Of a DNA stretch of 64,000 nucleotides, positions 59,670-64,000 are shown piece by piece. Every line of letters begins with the position of its first letter. Position 1 is the first letter of the stretch. Both the position numbers and the translations under genes were made by a program. Source of the stretch: a virus; IMG/VR virus record IMGVR_UViG_3300030060_008003, positions 1-64,000 of that record; one strand, written 5' to 3'. The notes under the pieces were generated by a model. That model saw only the letters and a list, made by a program, of their open reading frames with translations. It did not search any database and had not been told where the DNA came from.

Positions 59670-60113
59670 ATGGCTGAAGAAGAGCTAGATGAAGCAGTTA
59701 ACGATATTATTGCTCAAATAAAAGGTAATAACAATACTGTACGTGAAAAAAAGCAAGATGTAACTATCGATAAAGATAATCTTGAAGAGTTTATTATGAA
59801 GTCTTCCGGTAAACTGGTTGCTAAATCACTTGAAATTGTTGATAACGTTAATGATTACATTTCATCGGCTCCAGAAAATAGAGATGTTGCTGCATTAGCA
59901 GAAGTTATAAAAGCAACAGCCGGTTCAATTGATACACTTCAAAAACTTCATAGTTCAAATGAGAGAAATGAAACACAAAAAGAAGTAAAACGTATGGATG
60001 TCGAATCGAAGGAGAGATTAAACATTGCTGATAATCAAACTAAAATGCTATTATCTAGAGACGATATAATGAAAGCTTTAGTTGAAAAGGATGATGACGT
60101 TATTGATGTTTAA
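59670..60113 (+). CDS. 16: gp16-like terminase small subunit
   Basis: Helical; NRDVAALAEVIK...IDTLQKLH...SRDDIMKAL resembles the gp16 pattern; late promoter. Confidence 0.55.
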   Translation: MAEEELDEAVNDIIAQIKGNNNTVREKKQDVTIDKDNLEEFIMKSSGKLVAKSLEIVDNVNDYISSAPENRDVAALAEVIKATAGSIDTLQKLHSSNERNETQKEVKRMDVESKERLNIADNQTKMLLSRDDIMKALVEKDDDVIDV

Positions 60114-61435
60114 AACTTAAGGTTATCGCAATTATCCTCGCTCGCACAAATATCTTTTTCTTTAGTTTGAGTTAGATAGTCTTCAAACTCTTTCATTGTT
60201 GGGAATGGCATCCATACTGTCTCACCTGTACTTGTCGGGTGAGAGTGCGAACCAGACAGAGCACCGTTAGTTAATTCAAGCGTCTTATTTGAAGCACTTT
60301 GTGGACTTGTAAAAGTTGTAACGTTTAACACGCCTGGAAAAGTACCAAGTCTATTGATAGCTGTTTGCTCAGGTGTAAATTGAGTTCCTCCTATGTTTGG
60401 ATTTTCGCGAGGTCTACCACCACCACTTCTAGCAGCACCTTGACCAGCTACAGTATATAAATCAAAAGAACCACTACTGGTGGAGAGTGTAAGTCCGAAG
60501 TTTGGTACCGATGGTCCGCAGCAACAGCTGCAACATACTTCAACACACTCTTCATCAATATATTCATTTCCTTGCTCATCAAAAACCTTCTTTAAAATTA
60601 AAAATGACTTACATACTTGCCCGTTCTCTGTTTTTGAGATATTTTGCTCAGGGTCAAAAAAGTTTATATTTCTCTTATATTCGAATAATCTAAATGCATC
60701 TAACCCCAGGTAGTCCTCAATTATTCCAATAATAGTGTTAGCAATACTGCGTAAGATATTACTAAAATTGATATCCTTTAACATAAGGTTACCTACAGCA
60801 ATTGTTGATGCCGTATACCTACCTAGATATTCTGTGTTAACGCGTTCAGCAGGGCGTTTATCGATATACGGGAGCGTGTTATCACTATAAACAGCACTCT
60901 CTGTATTGTATTGAATAACTTGCGCGCAAGTTCTTTGACAGTTACTAAGATTTCTGCGAATAAATGCTGGAGTCTTTTTAACTAGATTTAATGATATGTC
61001 GTTTGATTCGCCATAATAAATTGCTGTACCGGCATTTTGCTGAGCTGTATTCGCAAGACACCCTAATATATCGGGCGATGGAAAAAAGCAGTTCTGTACT
61101 CTTCCTCTACCTCTATAAGGATTTTGCGCATATATAGCTACTTGGTTAGTAAACGGACCATTATATAGTTGTCTTATATAATATAGAGCAGCTTGTTCAT
61201 CTATTTCAGGGTTACCCTTTATGAGGTCGTCAACAAAAACCTGTAGTTGGTTAAATCCTAGCTGATATACCTTTTTAAACGACTCACAAAGCTCTTTGTC
61301 TTTATTTGTAAATGTATAACCTAATATTGGACCTTTACTTTGATCCTTACAATCTGTCTCTATAACAGATACAAACTGATCTTTAGTTAATTCTAAAGCT
61401 CTTAACGTTTCTACACTTTTATTACATATCGCCAT
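60110..61435 (-). CDS. Cys-rich hypothetical protein in the hub operon
   Basis: 441 aa; ECVEVCCSCCCGP; C-terminus ICASEDNCDNLKF. Confidence 0.55.
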   Translation of the reverse strand: MAICNKSVETLRALELTKDQFVSVIETDCKDQSKGPILGYTFTNKDKELCESFKKVYQLGFNQLQVFVDDLIKGNPEIDEQAALYYIRQLYNGPFTNQVAIYAQNPYRGRGRVQNCFFPSPDILGCLANTAQQNAGTAIYYGESNDISLNLVKKTPAFIRRNLSNCQRTCAQVIQYNTESAVYSDNTLPYIDKRPAERVNTEYLGRYTASTIAVGNLMLKDINFSNILRSIANTIIGIIEDYLGLDAFRLFEYKRNINFFDPEQNISKTENGQVCKSFLILKKVFDEQGNEYIDEECVEVCCSCCCGPSVPNFGLTLSTSSGSFDLYTVAGQGAARSGGGRPRENPNIGGTQFTPEQTAINRLGTFPGVLNVTTFTSPQSASNKTLELTNGALSGSHSHPTSTGETVWMPFPTMKEFEDYLTQTKEKDICASEDNCDNLKF

Positions 61436-62824
61436 TTAACTTACATCTTTAACTTTCATTCCAGGTCCCGTACATGTCTTGATACACGACATTACGTTAT
61501 AGTACTTATCCTTATTGAATAGATGTCTCACTTTAGTAACAAACCATCTACCTAATAACTTTTTATCTACAATCTCTTCTTCTTTATTTCTTTTAAATAC
61601 ATCTATAAACTTACCAGGCTTTCTCGCCGTATCACCAATATTATCGATAGCTAGTTGAAGATTAAAAAATGTTAAGTTAGATACCATTTGAGCTTTAGCA
61701 ATATGCTTAACATGCTCTTTCTTGTATGGTAGAATAAAGGGTTTAAATATCTCACTTTTTGACTGGTTTAAAGGTAAGAAGGGCTCAGGCTTACCACCGA
61801 CATATTTAAAAACATCAACAAATGATTTTGTCCATGCTTCCTTCACGTCTTTAATTGTCATTAGCTTTTTAACTTCTATCCCTAACTCTCTATCAGTTGT
61901 AGCAATAGAATAATTAGTAAAAAATTCATTACTGTATGTTACCATAGGTGTAGTAAAGTTTGTACTCTTTAACGCGTTAGTGTATTCATTAGTAGGAATC
62001 TTTTCGTCAATTGGGTTATCTGGTGAATCACCAATATTTTGCATATTAGTTAAGTCACCTACACCAAAAGTCTCCTGCGTTAATTTAGAGTTTTCACCAA
62101 ATATTTTACTAATAGGTCGTAATTGATATTTTTTCTTTACTCTATCAAATGTAAGAAAGCCCTGACATGATAGATCACCATCAATAAAGTAATATATTCT
62201 AAGTAAATATTTTATTAAATCAGAATATCTAAATGATATAGGTGGTATAATATACTCTGGAAAATTATCTATAACCATATCACCTGGCTCCCAGTTTTCT
62301 TCATCAATGCAACCTGGCCCAATAACCTCTTCCAAAATTTCTTGAATTATATCACCAATAGCGACAGCAGGGCCTCCTCTACCACCGCCACCATACCTCT
62401 TTCCATAGGGAATTTTTTCATTTAACTTAAAATAATTTTCTTCTATTAACGTATATGTCTTAAAATTATTTGATCGGTCTGTTTTTGAGACACTATTGCT
62501 TTCATTAGCTATAACAAAGTCATATTCTAGTTTTATTTCATCTTTTGGTCTTGTATCTAAGTTATTAAAAAGTGTAATTTTAAACTTATCTCTACCATCA
62601 CCTCTTGTGAATACCGTGTTTTCAATAAAATCAAATGGGTTGTTAACAGTCACGCTTGCACTAGCAAACGGCTCAAAAAAGTTTTCTTCTAGCTCAAATG
62701 TAACAACTGCAGATTTTGTAAAGTTGATTTCAGCCGGACCACTCCCAGCACCCGGTCCAGTGAGATTAAACTTACAGAAAAACTCACTACCGTTAATTGG
62801 ATAGATGTCTTTACCTGGCTTCAT
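61436..62824 (-). CDS. baseplate hub protein (gp27-like)
   Basis: C-terminal GDTARKPGKFIDV...LLGRWFVTKVRHLF; follows gp53. Confidence 0.6.
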   Translation of the reverse strand: MKPGKDIYPINGSEFFCKFNLTGPGAGSGPAEINFTKSAVVTFELEENFFEPFASASVTVNNPFDFIENTVFTRGDGRDKFKITLFNNLDTRPKDEIKLEYDFVIANESNSVSKTDRSNNFKTYTLIEENYFKLNEKIPYGKRYGGGGRGGPAVAIGDIIQEILEEVIGPGCIDEENWEPGDMVIDNFPEYIIPPISFRYSDLIKYLLRIYYFIDGDLSCQGFLTFDRVKKKYQLRPISKIFGENSKLTQETFGVGDLTNMQNIGDSPDNPIDEKIPTNEYTNALKSTNFTTPMVTYSNEFFTNYSIATTDRELGIEVKKLMTIKDVKEAWTKSFVDVFKYVGGKPEPFLPLNQSKSEIFKPFILPYKKEHVKHIAKAQMVSNLTFFNLQLAIDNIGDTARKPGKFIDVFKRNKEEEIVDKKLLGRWFVTKVRHLFNKDKYYNVMSCIKTCTGPGMKVKDVS

Positions 62825-63231
62825 TAGAAGTGTCTGTTACTAAAGGCAGTTGTCTCGGTAATCTGTTGATAGATTAAACCCCTTTCATTTTTCTTAATAT
62901 ACTTTAGCTGCATGCCTCCTTCAGCGTAAAATAAATTATTAAGAAGAGGCTTGTTTAGTAAATATATAATCCACCAACTATCAATATCACCGTATATATT
63001 ATGCGACGTAGTAGTTAAAGGTTCACGTGATTTAACTATATAAGTTTCAAGTAATTCAGGATCTATATTATTAGGAAATTCTATCTTATTGAGAATATTA
63101 TAAAAATAAAACTGCTTATTACTCTTCCCTTCTGTGTATATACGAAATATTCTCTCGTAACGAGTTAATGGAAGCCTATCAAGCGCTTCGATATCGTTTT
63201 GGTATTTTCCTGTTGTGCCTGTTAAACTCAT
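62824..63231 (-). CDS. 53: gp53-like baseplate wedge (LysM-like)
   Basis: TTTSHNIYGDIDSWWIIYLLN; ATG 63231 preferred. Confidence 0.7.
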   Translation of the reverse strand: MSLTGTTGKYQNDIEALDRLPLTRYERIFRIYTEGKSNKQFYFYNILNKIEFPNNIDPELLETYIVKSREPLTTTSHNIYGDIDSWWIIYLLNKPLLNNLFYAEGGMQLKYIKKNERGLIYQQITETTAFSNRHF

Positions 63232-63232
63232 T

Positions 63233-64000
63233 TTATTCATTTGTTGTTGCTTGCCCTGTTGATCTTCTAGCAGCATTCAACTGAGCATCCGCTGCATCCG
63301 CCGCTAAATTAGTGGCCAGCTGGGCAAATTGGCTAAATGAGCCCCCCGTTCTCGCAGCCTGTGTTCTCAGTAGCCCGAGAGCTTCTGCACGTTTATATTC
63401 ATATTCTGCTGGATTCTGTCCTGGTGTCTTCACCATCTTCATAAAGTTAGCTGGCTCGATTGTGAGCGATGTAAAGGTTAGATTTACTATATAGGCTTCC
63501 GGGACAATAGATCCACCTATTCTTCTTCTTTGACCTTGCATTGAAATACTAAAGTTATCTAATGAAGCCCATTCTATATATCTCAAACCAGGTACTTCAA
63601 TATGATAGATTGCTGGGAAGGTCATACCGAGAGGGCCTTCACGTGTAGGTCTGTTTATCATAGTAAATTCCTTTATAAACTCAGCATTTTTAACTATCGC
63701 GTCATCATTAAGAGTATTAGATAAAGCAAAAGATAATTGTAACCCTTGATCAGTATTACCATACTGATAAAATTTAGGTGTTTCAATATAACTACCAGGG
63801 TCACCGATTGTTTTCGTACCTGCCATGCTACCTTGCATTGTCCTAGCCCCTGCGCCGATCTGATCTATTATTCCTTTAAAGCCTTCCGCACTAGCGCCGC
63901 CTCCGCCGCTTTCACCCATAGACTTTACGCCATCTACTAAGCTGCTGGTAACCGATAGCAGACCCTTACCTAACGCTACACCGCCACCAATAAGCTTTTC
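63233..64000 (-). CDS. tail tube cap/initiator-like protein (gp48/gp54-like), 5'-truncated
   Basis: Frame stays open to 64000; FPAIYHIEVPG...VPEAYIVNLTFTSL; upstream of gp53. Confidence 0.5.
   Translation of the reverse strand, partial: EKLIGGGVALGKGLLSVTSSLVDGVKSMGESGGGGASAEGFKGIIDQIGAGARTMQGSMAGTKTIGDPGSYIETPKFYQYGNTDQGLQLSFALSNTLNDDAIVKNAEFIKEFTMINRPTREGPLGMTFPAIYHIEVPGLRYIEWASLDNFSISMQGQRRRIGGSIVPEAYIVNLTFTSLTIEPANFMKMVKTPGQNPAEYEYKRAEALGLLRTQAARTGGSFSQFAQLATNLAADAADAQLNAARRSTGQATTNE

Noticed and set aside
552-63940. Short antisense or nested ORFs in the track (e.g. 2528-2890, 11739-12200, 32693-33088, 55125-55481)
   Set aside because: Shadows of well-supported genes, without promoter motifs; composition mirrors the sense-strand codons
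1-64000. Stop-codon reassignment
   Set aside because: Core genes are full length in code 11, and TAA, TAG and TGA all end genes with tight packing

Overview
AT-rich, gene-dense 64 kb segment of a large T4-like myophage, read in standard code 11. All identifications are by motif recognition, with no database searches. The + strand block (6.3-30.4 kb) is the replication/recombination core: uvsY, uvsW, 55, 47, 46, 43, hsp20, uvsX, 41, 32, 45, rnh, 61. The - strand carries late modules: putative internal head proteins (0-6.3 kb, 19.5-21.1 kb) and tail fibre/baseplate genes (32.7-57.3 kb, 60-64 kb), with gp44, dUTPase and a gp16-like gene near 58-60 kb. Main observations: (1) a candidate virion O-glycosylation system, made of a ppGalNAc-T-like glycosyltransferase next to a mucin-like Pro/Thr-repeat protease protein, late-promoter sugar methyltransferases and strong LS[AGS] enrichment in outer tail/baseplate proteins; (2) a QueC-like enzyme lacking its Zn site, with a GATase and glycosyltransferases embedded among replication genes; (3) near-universal leaderless promoter architecture with three motif classes; (4) a manA-like structured RNA after hsp20; (5) internal-head polyproteins with E-D-x-E linkers, plus ligase-like and nuclease-like putative cargo; (6) a 13-aa C-terminal motif shared by two unrelated proteins. 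No tRNA, rRNA, CRISPR array, intron or intein was recognised.
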